Below, one piece after another: positions 8,221-18,042 of a stretch of 39,820 nt of DNA. This DNA is from an uncultured archaeon (lineage in GTDB: Archaea; Asgardarchaeota; Lokiarchaeia; Sigyniarchaeales; SOKP01): NCBI GenBank assembly GCA_964508365.1, contig CAZDTP010000036.1:1-39820 (forward strand), read 5' to 3'. The notes under the pieces were generated by a model. It was not told the DNA's origin, did not search any database, and was given only the letters and a program-made list of their open reading frames with translations. How positions within the stretch are numbered: the first letter of the stretch is position 1; every line of letters starts with the position of its first letter. Made by a program: the position numbers and the translations under genes.

Positions 8221-10080
8221 ATGCCAAGTTTAAATGATAAAGAATTTTTAGTAGATGAAGATAAAGTATGGTTTACCGGAGGATATTGGCCAGAAGGGGT
8301 ACCACACCAGCTAAAGGATGTAGAAGACGTCAAAATCCTACCATTATGTGACTATTTCATAGATGCTGCTAACACATACGAAACGTGGGATCAAGATTTA
8401 TGCATTTTCGCCTATGGACCATATATAGAACGTGTAAAACTTAAAACTCTCTTTGATTACGCAAAGAGATTTGGTACATTTCTCTATGATACATTAGGAA
8501 TTAGAAAAGGAGATGTTATTGCAATAGATCTCCCCAACTCTATTAATTTCGTTGTTGCCTATATGGGATGTCAATACATAGGTGCCATTGCACAAGGTAT
8601 TAATCCTACGTACAAACCGATGGAACTTTTGCATTCTTTAACAATGACAAAAGCGAAAGTATTAGTTTTAATGGATATGTTATACATAGCTGGTCCGAAT
8701 ACAATTTTGCCGAAAACTAGTGTGAAATATTTAATTCCATCTAATTTTGTTGATTTTCTCACTGCTGATGAGGCTATTATTGAAAAACTAGGTATTCCTA
8801 GTGCAAAAGGTAAGATCCCTGATGAAACTGAGCATTATAAAGTTCACTGGATGCAAAAGATTATTAAAGAAACAGAGCCAAGGGAAATAAAAGTAGAAAT
8901 TAACCCATGGACAGATCCTGCAGTCTATTTAATGACTGGGGGGACCACAGGATTACCGAAGGTTGCAAGACTTTCACATTCAAATTTAAGTGCAAACTTA
9001 AATATGGCAAAGGATTGGACAAAATTGAAAGCAGGGATGATAACTATTGGATCTATACCATTTTTCCATAGCTTTGGTCTAACTTGTGTAATGAATGCCG
9101 CCCTTGGGTTAGGAATGGTCATGTTATTATTTCCAAAGCCCCCTACAGATGATGTTTTATGCGAAACTATAAATAAACTTGATGCTCCTGAAGGAATAAT
9201 GTATACTGGAGTTGAAATGTTATTTAAAAGACTTACTGATTTCATACACGAAATGGGAGTGGAAGAATTCAAGAAAAAATACGATTTTTGGAAAAAATTG
9301 AGATATGCTACTCAAGGAGCGGGACCACTACACTCCTATGTAAAAGATCCATTCGAGGAGATATTTTGTGCGATACGTTCAGGATATGGATTAACAGAAA
9401 CCTCTCCAATGCAAAGTATAGCTCCCTTCTGGGGCCCAACAAAAGCAGGAAAGTTGGGATTACCGATACCAGGCGCAGACTGGGCAATATTTCCCTCCGA
9501 TAACTTTGAAGCAGGACCTATATGTGACGGAACTAAAGAACTTGGAGGATTTGGAGTTGAAAACACAGGAGAAATATGTTGTGCCGGTCCACATATTATG
9601 TTAGGCTATTTAGGAGAACAAAAAGAACAAGAAGATAACTTAAAATACTGGGGCGGAAAACGTTGGCTTCTCACTGGGGATATTGGGTTTATGGATGAAC
9701 ATGGTTGGGTGGAAATACGAGATCGTAAAAAATCTCTAATTAAGGTTTCTGGACATTCTGTATTCCCAAAGGAAGTTGAAGAACTCATGGGAAATCATCC
9801 TGCGATTGATGAAGTTGCCGTTGCAGGACTTCCTGATGAAGAAACTGGTGAAAAAGTTAAAGCGTGGTTAACTCTTAAGCAGGGATATAAAGTAGGGAAA
9901 AATATTGAAATCGAGGATATCAAAACATGGTGCTTAGAAAACATGGCTAAATGGAAGTCTCCAAGATTAATCGAAGCTGTTAGAAGTCTACCCGTAAGTA
10001 TGACTGGAAAAGTGCAACGTAGGGAACTGCAAGAAAAAGATCTAGAAAAATTAGAAAAGGGAAAGGAAATAAAAGGTTAA
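8221..10080 (+). CDS. Long-chain fatty acid--CoA ligase (FadD-like AMP-forming acyl-CoA synthetase)
   Basis: P-loop YLMTGGTTGLPK, GYGLTET, LLTGDIG, IRDRKK, C-terminal SMTGKVQR. Confidence 0.92.
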   Translation: MPSLNDKEFLVDEDKVWFTGGYWPEGVPHQLKDVEDVKILPLCDYFIDAANTYETWDQDLCIFAYGPYIERVKLKTLFDYAKRFGTFLYDTLGIRKGDVIAIDLPNSINFVVAYMGCQYIGAIAQGINPTYKPMELLHSLTMTKAKVLVLMDMLYIAGPNTILPKTSVKYLIPSNFVDFLTADEAIIEKLGIPSAKGKIPDETEHYKVHWMQKIIKETEPREIKVEINPWTDPAVYLMTGGTTGLPKVARLSHSNLSANLNMAKDWTKLKAGMITIGSIPFFHSFGLTCVMNAALGLGMVMLLFPKPPTDDVLCETINKLDAPEGIMYTGVEMLFKRLTDFIHEMGVEEFKKKYDFWKKLRYATQGAGPLHSYVKDPFEEIFCAIRSGYGLTETSPMQSIAPFWGPTKAGKLGLPIPGADWAIFPSDNFEAGPICDGTKELGGFGVENTGEICCAGPHIMLGYLGEQKEQEDNLKYWGGKRWLLTGDIGFMDEHGWVEIRDRKKSLIKVSGHSVFPKEVEELMGNHPAIDEVAVAGLPDEETGEKVKAWLTLKQGYKVGKNIEIEDIKTWCLENMAKWKSPRLIEAVRSLPVSMTGKVQRRELQEKDLEKLEKGKEIKG

Positions 10081-10099
10081 TTTTTTTTAATTTTTTTTT
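10081..10099 (+). terminator. Oligo(T) archaeal terminator
   Basis: T8-AA-T9 directly after the TAA at 10080, between convergent genes. Confidence 0.6.
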
Positions 10100-11729
10100 A
10101 CTCGTTTAATCGTTTATGCGTTTTTTTCATAATTTTATAAATGTTTGTGAACTCATAGAAGAGCTTTTCGTAAACTGCTCTGTTATCGGGATTTGGTCTA
10201 AATACATTGGAAAATTGGATTAAATCTGGTATTTGATCCCAAGTTAGATATCCAAGTCCAACTGCTGCGATGAAAGCAGCCCCACGAGCATTTGCCTGAA
10301 TAGGATCTTTAACTTGCTTGATAGTTCTATTTAGGACATCGGCAAAAATTTGACACCATACATTACTAGATCCCCCTCCCCCAATGATGTTAAGTTCGGG
10401 CATTACTATATCTTTTTTTGTCATTCCAGGATTAGCTTTCATTTTCCATTTCTGGATGAATTTTTCAACGTACATATGAAGCCACCTTACATTGTAGGCA
10501 ACGCCTTCAAATATCGCTCTTATTAGGTGTTCACGCGACATCTCAAGAGATAAATTGTAAAAACCTCCACGAACCATATGATCATCAACGGGTGATCTTT
10601 CTCCGATAAGCCACGGAGTAAAAATCAAATTATTGGACCCCGCAGGAACTTTCTCAACAATTCTATCTAAAATTTTATATACATCAGGGACCTGTTCTTC
10701 TCTCAACAATTCATCTTTATGATACAAAATTTTATCTCTTAAAAATTGTAAAGCTCCTCCAGCGATTTCTTGTTCGTTTGCTACGAAATATTTTCCCTTA
10801 ATTGCAGCAGGAAAACTTCCCATATTATGAAATATATCTGTTTTCTTGTAAGGTACGTGGCATATCAGCCAATCAGATGTTCCAATGTAAATATGTCCTT
10901 CGTAATCCTTAACTGCTCCAGAACCTATAGTTGCTGCATGCAAGTCGGGAGCACCCATAATCAATCTGACTCCCTTGTTTAGACCAAGTTTGTTTGCTAC
11001 TTCGTCTTTCACGGGCCCTAGAACATCTGTGGACCACCTTAAATCAGTCGGAAATTTATCCGGATCAACTTTAAACATTTTCATTAACTTGTTATAGTAT
11101 CTCATGTTGTTAATATCGCGGATATCAACTAAGGTATGCATTTGAATGGAAGCATACGAGGCTGCGAATTTACCTGTGAATTTCAAATTAATAAAGTCTT
11201 GAGGTTCCAAAAACATGTAAGTGTTATCATATACATCTGGTCTCTTATCCTTTATCCATAAGATATGAGCAATGGGATCTTTACCAGATAAGCTTGGACC
11301 TCCTCCCGTAACCTTCACGAATTTTAGCATTTTGCGAACAGAGTATCCACTAACCTGTATTAAACTCTTATGGAATTTCTTCATGTATGGTGCTCCTCGG
11401 GTATCCATCCATATCAGTGAATTCATCAAATGATTTCCGTCTTTGTCAAGGGCAACTGTACCACTCCATTGACTTGAATTGCATACACCTACAATATCAT
11501 CAGCTGAAACTTTTCCACTATTAATGACTTTTTTAGCTGTTGAAACAATGGCATTCCACCAGTCGTCCGGATCTTGTTCAACACCCCCACCTTTTTCCAC
11601 AAGTAATGGAACTTCTTGAAAGGCCCAATCAACTACCTCTCCGTTAGTACTTACGATCGCTGATTTTGGACCTTGAGTTCCATGATCGATTGCTAAAATA
11701 TATTTAGGAGAATTTTCTTTATCTAACAT
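10098..11729 (-). CDS. FGGY-family carbohydrate kinase
   Basis: AIDHGTQGPK, SSQWSG, WMDTRG, GAPD, YIGTS, TPWLIGER, IIGGGGSS. Confidence 0.9.
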   Translation of the reverse strand: MLDKENSPKYILAIDHGTQGPKSAIVSTNGEVVDWAFQEVPLLVEKGGGVEQDPDDWWNAIVSTAKKVINSGKVSADDIVGVCNSSQWSGTVALDKDGNHLMNSLIWMDTRGAPYMKKFHKSLIQVSGYSVRKMLKFVKVTGGGPSLSGKDPIAHILWIKDKRPDVYDNTYMFLEPQDFINLKFTGKFAASYASIQMHTLVDIRDINNMRYYNKLMKMFKVDPDKFPTDLRWSTDVLGPVKDEVANKLGLNKGVRLIMGAPDLHAATIGSGAVKDYEGHIYIGTSDWLICHVPYKKTDIFHNMGSFPAAIKGKYFVANEQEIAGGALQFLRDKILYHKDELLREEQVPDVYKILDRIVEKVPAGSNNLIFTPWLIGERSPVDDHMVRGGFYNLSLEMSREHLIRAIFEGVAYNVRWLHMYVEKFIQKWKMKANPGMTKKDIVMPELNIIGGGGSSNVWCQIFADVLNRTIKQVKDPIQANARGAAFIAAVGLGYLTWDQIPDLIQFSNVFRPNPDNRAVYEKLFYEFTNIYKIMKKTHKRLNE

Positions 11730-11852
11730 ATTAAATATAAATGTTCTTAACGTAAATAAAGATTTTTTTATGTAAGGCTTTCCTATTTATATTAAGTCTT
11801 TTTAATTGACGATACCATTTAATAACTGAAAGAAACATTTTGTTGATTCTAA

Positions 11853-13250
11853 ATGGAATATGAGGAAAAATTAGCGAAAATTAAAAATATTGTTGATTTG
11901 CCCATAAGCAAATTTAAACCAGATGAATTAAAAGCTATAATAGAGAGGTATGAAAAAAATCATACGAAATCAAAAATGGCTTTTGAGAGAGCAAGAAAAA
12001 TAATCCCTGGAGGTGTAGAACATAATCTCGCCTTCAACTGGCCATTCCCTCTAGCAAGTAAGCGGGTTTTTGACTGTTACATGGAAACTGTTGATGATGT
12101 CGTTCTAACGGACTATTTAATGGATGGAGGTCCTATTATCCTCGGGCATAATCATCCGGTTTTGACAGAAAAGATTATCGAAGTTATTCGGGAAATTGGA
12201 CCATGCCATGGAATAACTAACGAATATGAATATCTTGCTGCTGAAGAACTTCAGAAGCATTTTCCATCTTGTGAAATAATAAGATGGCTCCAAACAGGAA
12301 CAGAAGCCGATATGCTAGCTATAAGGATTGCCAGAGTTGCTACAAATCGTAAATGGGTTATTAAAATAGGTGGCAGTTATCACGGATGGTCAGATCAATT
12401 GGTTTACGATATGCATGTTCCTGGAACAAAATTATTAGAATCACATGGAATACCAAAAAACATATTTAAATTTATCGATTCTTGTCCTCCAAACGATATT
12501 GAAACATTACGGCAAATGTTTGCAGAAAAGCGAAAAGTTGCTGCCGTTATAATTGAACCAATGGGGGGAGAATCAGGAGCTATTCCTGTTAAACCTGGAT
12601 TTAATAAAGAAGTGGAAGAACTTTGCCATGAAAATAATACCCTTTTGATTTCCGATGAAGTTGTATGTGCTTTTAGATTGCATATGGGTGGTGGTCAAGC
12701 TTATTATGGTTATGAACCGGATTTATCTGTGTTTGGTAAAATAGTTGGACATGGATATCCCTCCGCTGCAGCTATTGGAGGTAAAGAAGAATTTATGAAA
12801 TATTGCGCTGCAGGAGTAGGTGGAGGTAAAAGAGCTTATAGCGGAGGAACTTTAGCAGCAAATCCTTTAACTTGTGCAGCTGCGTATCATGCTATTAAAT
12901 TAGTCGAAGAAACTGGGGCGACGGAAAAAGCTGGAAAAGCAGGAACTCGCTTAGCGAATGGATTAAATAAAATGTTCGAAAAATACGAGTTACCATGGTT
13001 TTCGTACAATTTAGGTGGCACAGTTCATTTTCATACATCGTGCCTATTTGGATTGAGTTTTGATATTCCTGACCAAGTTGGACAGCTTCCATTGAGGAAA
13101 AAATTTATGGAGCATATAGGTGCCGCTTTGGTAGATCAAGAAATAATTTCCGTTGCAGGAAGTAGATTTTACATGTGTATTCTCCATTCCGACGAGATAA
13201 TCGATGAGACCGTTGAAAAAATAGATAAAATATGTCAAAAAATAGCATAA
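11853..13250 (+). CDS. Class III PLP-dependent enzyme, glutamate-1-semialdehyde aminomutase-like but divergent
   Basis: GPIILGHNHP, QTGTEA, GSYHG, IIEP, SDEV, PLP Lys in VFGKIVG, GGTLAANP. Confidence 0.85.
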   Translation: MEYEEKLAKIKNIVDLPISKFKPDELKAIIERYEKNHTKSKMAFERARKIIPGGVEHNLAFNWPFPLASKRVFDCYMETVDDVVLTDYLMDGGPIILGHNHPVLTEKIIEVIREIGPCHGITNEYEYLAAEELQKHFPSCEIIRWLQTGTEADMLAIRIARVATNRKWVIKIGGSYHGWSDQLVYDMHVPGTKLLESHGIPKNIFKFIDSCPPNDIETLRQMFAEKRKVAAVIIEPMGGESGAIPVKPGFNKEVEELCHENNTLLISDEVVCAFRLHMGGGQAYYGYEPDLSVFGKIVGHGYPSAAAIGGKEEFMKYCAAGVGGGKRAYSGGTLAANPLTCAAAYHAIKLVEETGATEKAGKAGTRLANGLNKMFEKYELPWFSYNLGGTVHFHTSCLFGLSFDIPDQVGQLPLRKKFMEHIGAALVDQEIISVAGSRFYMCILHSDEIIDETVEKIDKICQKIA

Positions 13251-13259
13251 TTTTTTTTT
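13251..13259 (+). terminator. Oligo(T) archaeal terminator
   Basis: T9 immediately after TAA 13250. Confidence 0.55.
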
Positions 13260-13372
13260 ACATTAAATAAAATTCTTATTTTTTAATTAAGTAAAACCTC
13301 TGTAGGCTAAAACAAATAATAAACTTTATTATCTCTAAACTCGAATTATACATATTCTAAAACAAAATTAAA

Positions 13373-14407
13373 GTGAAAGTTATGGGTAATCAGAATGAGA
13401 TAACAGATTCGTCAAATTTGTTTAATGATGATGGCTCCCTTGTTCAACGAGGATGGGCAAGAAAACCAATACTAAAATACAATAAAGATAAAATTGGAAA
13501 AGGTTGGTCCCGCATTAAAGAATGGGATCACTTTTCTGTATTAAATAAAAACTTCGGATTTCAGTTAACGATAGGCGACATTGGATACCTAACCCAAATG
13601 AGTTACGTTTGGTTAGATTTTGAAAAAAAAGAACGCGATGGAAAGGGGTTATTCAAATTTTTTACCAAATCAAAGGTTCTTCCATTGAATTCGTTAGAGG
13701 ACAGCGAAATTGAATTTCCTACTAAAAAATTTAAAGCAACAATCTCAAGACAGAAAAACACAAGAATACTTACTATTGAAGATCCCTCGTTTCAAGATAA
13801 AGGGCTAAAAGGAAATATTATTTTACAAGATGATCCTAAAGCTGACAATACCGTAGTTGTGACGGGATATAAAGAGGATCCAAGGTTGTTCTATTATAAC
13901 CATAAGATTAATTATATGCCTGCGGAAGGTTCTCTTACTATTGGAGATAAATCGTATCTCTTTGAACCTGAAACTTCTTATGGGCTCATGGACTGGGGTC
14001 GCGGGATATGGCCCTATAAAACTCATTGGTTATGGGGTTCAGGTTGCGGGCTTGTTGACGAAGTCCCTGTTGCGTTTAATATTGGTTATGGCTTTGGAGA
14101 TTTATCTACTCATACTGAAAATATCATCTTTTACGATGGTAAAGCACATAAGATTGATGAGGTAGAGTTTCATCACGAAAATAGAGATCCTGCTAAACCT
14201 TGGAAATTCACAAGCAACGATAATAGGTTTAATATGATTCTAGATCCAATTATTCCACAGAGAGAAAAACTTAATTTTGGATTAATTTATTTAAATTCTT
14301 CATTACTTCATGGGCTATATTCTGGAGAAGTAGTTCTTGACAATGGTGAAAAAATAAAGATTGATAATATGCTAGGACACGCTGAAGACATTTATTGGCG
14401 CTGGTAA
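13373..14407 (+). CDS. DUF2804-family protein
   Basis: GWARKP, RIKEWD, FYYNHKIN, MDWGRGIWPYKTHWLW, FNIGYGFG, TENIIF; start may be ATG 13382 rather than GTG 13373. Confidence 0.75.
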   Translation: MKVMGNQNEITDSSNLFNDDGSLVQRGWARKPILKYNKDKIGKGWSRIKEWDHFSVLNKNFGFQLTIGDIGYLTQMSYVWLDFEKKERDGKGLFKFFTKSKVLPLNSLEDSEIEFPTKKFKATISRQKNTRILTIEDPSFQDKGLKGNIILQDDPKADNTVVVTGYKEDPRLFYYNHKINYMPAEGSLTIGDKSYLFEPETSYGLMDWGRGIWPYKTHWLWGSGCGLVDEVPVAFNIGYGFGDLSTHTENIIFYDGKAHKIDEVEFHHENRDPAKPWKFTSNDNRFNMILDPIIPQREKLNFGLIYLNSSLLHGLYSGEVVLDNGEKIKIDNMLGHAEDIYWRW

Positions 14408-14437
14408 AAGAAGAAGCAATATTAATTTATTTTTCTT

Positions 14438-15346
14438 TTAATGATTTACAATAACTTCATAGGAATGCTGTTCAAACAATTTTGTGATAATATTTAGATT
14501 TTCATCAGTCAAATCTCCCTTATCCTGATATAAATCTCCCATTCCAACTTTCTCATATTTTGTTTTTGTTAATTTATTATAAGGCATTAAATGTATTTGA
14601 CCATCGTAACTAATTTCGTGCAAGAAGCTTATTATATGTTGAATTGTACTTCTATCTGTATTAACTCCCGGTATTAAAGGGATGCGTGGTATAATTCTTT
14701 CACTCCCTACTTTAGAGAGAATTTTAGAGAAGTTTGAGAGAATCTTTTCGTTGGGTACATGAGTAAATTTCTTATGTTTTTCACTATCAATCAATTTAAT
14801 ATCAAATAGAAATAAATCCACAAATTTAACTAATTCACCAATTAAATCTTCATTAAAGTACCCACACGTTTCTATTGCAGTATGAATCCCTTGTTTTTTT
14901 AATGCTTTAAGCAGTTCTAAAAGAAAATTGATTTGTATGGTAGGTTCTCCGCCAGAAATAGTAGCTCCTCCACCAGAATTATCGTAAAAAGGTTTATCCT
15001 TTAATACAAATTCTACAAGTTCTTCCACGGAGCTCTCTCTACCAATAATTTCCATTACTTGATTCGGGCACATTTCAGCGCATTTTCCACACATAGTACA
15101 GAGGGCTTTATCTCTCTTAATTTCGTCATTTAATAACTGAAGAGCTTTATTAGGGCAAGCTTTAACGCAAATTTCACATAATTGACATTTTTCTTTAAAA
15201 TAAGACATTTCAGGGGATAATTTTTGCGACTCGGGATTTTGGCACCAATCACACTTAAGAGGGCATCCTTTCAAAAAAATTATAGTTCTAATGCCAGGGC
15301 CATCATATATTGCATAATTTTGAATATCAAATATAATTCCGTTCAT
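14438..15346 (-). CDS. Glycyl-radical enzyme activating enzyme (radical SAM with two-ferredoxin insert)
   Basis: DGPGIRT, GCPLKCDWCQNPES (CX3CX2C), CQLCEICVKACP and CTMCGKCAEMCP, SGGEP, HTAIETCG; 8 nt downstream of the GRE. Confidence 0.95.
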   Translation of the reverse strand: MNGIIFDIQNYAIYDGPGIRTIIFLKGCPLKCDWCQNPESQKLSPEMSYFKEKCQLCEICVKACPNKALQLLNDEIKRDKALCTMCGKCAEMCPNQVMEIIGRESSVEELVEFVLKDKPFYDNSGGGATISGGEPTIQINFLLELLKALKKQGIHTAIETCGYFNEDLIGELVKFVDLFLFDIKLIDSEKHKKFTHVPNEKILSNFSKILSKVGSERIIPRIPLIPGVNTDRSTIQHIISFLHEISYDGQIHLMPYNKLTKTKYEKVGMGDLYQDKGDLTDENLNIITKLFEQHSYEVIVNH

Positions 15347-15354
15347 AAAACTCT

Positions 15355-17955
15355 TTAAACCATGGTATGTTCAGTTCTCGAAATGATTTCGTCCTGAATT
15401 TCTTTTCCTAAGTCAGTAAAATAAGCAGAGTACCCCCCTACTTTAACAATAATATTTCTATAGCTTTTAGGCTTTATCTGTGCTGCTTTTAAAACATCGG
15501 TCGATACTACAGTAGGTTGGAGTTGTTCTCCCCCTAATTGAAAGTAAGTTTTTATTAACGAAATCCATTTTTTCTTAGATTCTTCAGATTTTCCAATTCC
15601 TGAGGGATGCATTCTAATATTAACCGCACATCCCATTACATGCTCGTATTCTAAAGCAGAAACAGAACGTAATACTCCTGTAGGACCATGCTTCTCGACA
15701 TTGTAAGGATTGCAACTAGCAGCAAATGGTCGACCTCCTAACCTCCCATCAGGGGTTGCTATTGAAATTCTCCCATCATATGTATGGGTTGTCATACTAT
15801 TAATAAAAGGTGCATAAAATCCATCTCTATATGTTTTATATTTGTAAGTCTCATTAAACATATGAGAAGTTACCTTTCTAGCAAGTTCATCTGACTCAGG
15901 ATTGCCATTACCCCATTTTCCATCTAAGTCTAATATTAACTTGTGGATATGTTCATATCCATTGCTAAAATTATTATCAATCGCATTAATCAAGTCTTTG
16001 AAAGTGAATTTCTTTTGTTCAAAAATTAGATTTTTAATAACATAGAGCGAATCAATAGTATTAGCAATACTCGTCATAAATAGAATGCCTTCGCAATCGT
16101 AAATAGCACCTCCCTCAGTTATATCTCTTTTATTCTCAAGACAACCTTGCATAAAAGCTGAAATGTATGGAGCTGGGAGATATTCAGCGTATAATCTATC
16201 GCGAATTGTAGATCCTTCAACGATTTTCTTAATCATAAAATCAGACTGAGCGAAAAAGCCATCTAAAAACTCCTCAAAATTAGAAAATTTATCGGGATCC
16301 CCTGTTTTTAAACCAGCATTCTTGACCAACCCTACTAAGGTTTGCGAATCGCCATTTCTTAACGCTAAATCAAGCGTTCTGCACAATAATATTGAAGAAA
16401 ATCCTTCTCCTCCTGTCTTTCCTGGACTGCACATGTCTACACAACCTGTAACGGCGTAACTATTCGCATCTTCCTGAGTAAATCCTCTATTCAATAAAGC
16501 CTGAAGGCAAATCTCATCGTTCATTAATGATACGCTAGAGACTCCATGGTAATGTAAATCTGCAACTTTCAATAATAGTTTTTCAGGGCTATTTTTATGT
16601 ATACGCACAGCAAAATTTAATGAAGCTTTCGAACGATCAGCTGCTTCTAGCATAACATATGTCAGTTCGTTAGTTGCATCTTCTCCCTCAATCATTAATC
16701 CTCCTAATGTTACAGGCTCGGAACCTTCATATCGTTGGCTAAAATCGCTAGAAGCGTTGGAATTTGGACGCATGTTGTGACTCATGATTTTTAAAAATAA
16801 TTCCTCCAAAAGCTCTCGAGCTTCCTCAGGAGTGATTCGTCCATTAGCAACATCCCTTTCATAGAAAGGATAAAAAATCTGATCAAGACGCCCAGGTGAA
16901 TGGACATTAAAAGGCATTGCTAACTCAACAGCGTTTTTAATTATCCAATACGACTGGACTGCTTCTCTGAATGTTTCTGCTGGATAAAGGGGAACTTTTT
17001 GACAAGTTTGTAGCATTTGGTTTAATACTGCTCTTGTTGAGGGATTTGAAGTGCTTTTTAAAACATCCTCGAGTTTTTCCGCTAACCTTTTTGAATAAAT
17101 CATCACTCCTTCAAGAGCTATGTTTATTGATTCAAGGAACTCTTTTTCATGTTTTGCTAATTTTTTAGAAGCGACAATTAACTCTTGGACTTCATTCTTC
17201 ATAGCCAATAAACCTTTTAGTATTGGTTTTTCATGGTCTAAGATTAAATGCCCTTGCCATACTCCGAGAGCTGAACCAATTGAGGTCACCATATCACTTT
17301 GACCCGTAGATCGAGGTAAATTTTGAATAAAATCTCCGAACTCTCCCGGATATATGTTATTCTCAATAAAAGCCTTTCCTAGCCTATTGGCTATAGTATT
17401 TTCTTTCCAATATGGAAGAAGGTCTTTAAGAAGTAATTCCTTGTCTTTTTCTCTAATCTGGTATGGATTTATTTTCCTAATATCTAACGTATCTGTCCCT
17501 AATTCTGGCATAACAACTCCGATCTTTTTAGAGTGATCTAGAGTTTTAAGTAACCCCTCAGAGCCATACTTATCTATCATATACGACATGAAATTCTTAG
17601 TACCCTCTTTAGCAAAGGTTTTCATTGATTTCTCATCAAGCTCTACTTCAAATACTCTATTGAATAAACCTCGTTCAATGTCGATTGGAATACCCAAGAA
17701 ATTCTCTGTCCATGTGCCAGCAATTCTATCGTCCGGATCAATGTTAAATCCCATTTTTTCGAAGACATTTTTCATTGATAATGCAACACGAACATTATAG
17801 GATAATTTACTGTTTTCAGTCTCTATCCACTTTTCTGTGTAAAATTTTGCCCTTTCTATTGAAATAAAAGGCTTTTCATCGAGATATCTACCGCGGAGCC
17901 GTTTAATTCTATCACTCGCCTTATCGACCATTTCTAGAACAGTAGTTTCAGTCAT
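15355..17955 (-). CDS. Glycyl radical enzyme, PFL2/eliminase-like clade, substrate unknown
   Basis: ISIERA, SPGRLDQ, VTLGG, Cys loop GCVD (16435-16446), KWGN, ATPDGR, Gly loop IVKVGGYSAYF (15430-15444). Confidence 0.93.
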   Translation of the reverse strand: MTETTVLEMVDKASDRIKRLRGRYLDEKPFISIERAKFYTEKWIETENSKLSYNVRVALSMKNVFEKMGFNIDPDDRIAGTWTENFLGIPIDIERGLFNRVFEVELDEKSMKTFAKEGTKNFMSYMIDKYGSEGLLKTLDHSKKIGVVMPELGTDTLDIRKINPYQIREKDKELLLKDLLPYWKENTIANRLGKAFIENNIYPGEFGDFIQNLPRSTGQSDMVTSIGSALGVWQGHLILDHEKPILKGLLAMKNEVQELIVASKKLAKHEKEFLESINIALEGVMIYSKRLAEKLEDVLKSTSNPSTRAVLNQMLQTCQKVPLYPAETFREAVQSYWIIKNAVELAMPFNVHSPGRLDQIFYPFYERDVANGRITPEEARELLEELFLKIMSHNMRPNSNASSDFSQRYEGSEPVTLGGLMIEGEDATNELTYVMLEAADRSKASLNFAVRIHKNSPEKLLLKVADLHYHGVSSVSLMNDEICLQALLNRGFTQEDANSYAVTGCVDMCSPGKTGGEGFSSILLCRTLDLALRNGDSQTLVGLVKNAGLKTGDPDKFSNFEEFLDGFFAQSDFMIKKIVEGSTIRDRLYAEYLPAPYISAFMQGCLENKRDITEGGAIYDCEGILFMTSIANTIDSLYVIKNLIFEQKKFTFKDLINAIDNNFSNGYEHIHKLILDLDGKWGNGNPESDELARKVTSHMFNETYKYKTYRDGFYAPFINSMTTHTYDGRISIATPDGRLGGRPFAASCNPYNVEKHGPTGVLRSVSALEYEHVMGCAVNIRMHPSGIGKSEESKKKWISLIKTYFQLGGEQLQPTVVSTDVLKAAQIKPKSYRNIIVKVGGYSAYFTDLGKEIQDEIISRTEHTMV

Positions 17956-18042
17956 ACTATTGATCCCTAGTATATTCTTTATTTCTATATTTATATATCT
18001 CTAATTTTGGTTAATAATTTTATTCTTATAATAAATCACTCA

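Noticed and set aside
11853-13250. Calling this hemL (tetrapyrrole biosynthesis)
   Set aside because: HemL-specific substrate motifs are altered and no hem/cob genes are adjacent; only the fold is supported.
15355-17955. Calling this pyruvate formate-lyase, CutC, HypD or glycerol dehydratase
   Set aside because: No adjacent CC pair (PFL), and the Cys loop and pocket segments do not match the eliminase signatures I know; substrate left unassigned.
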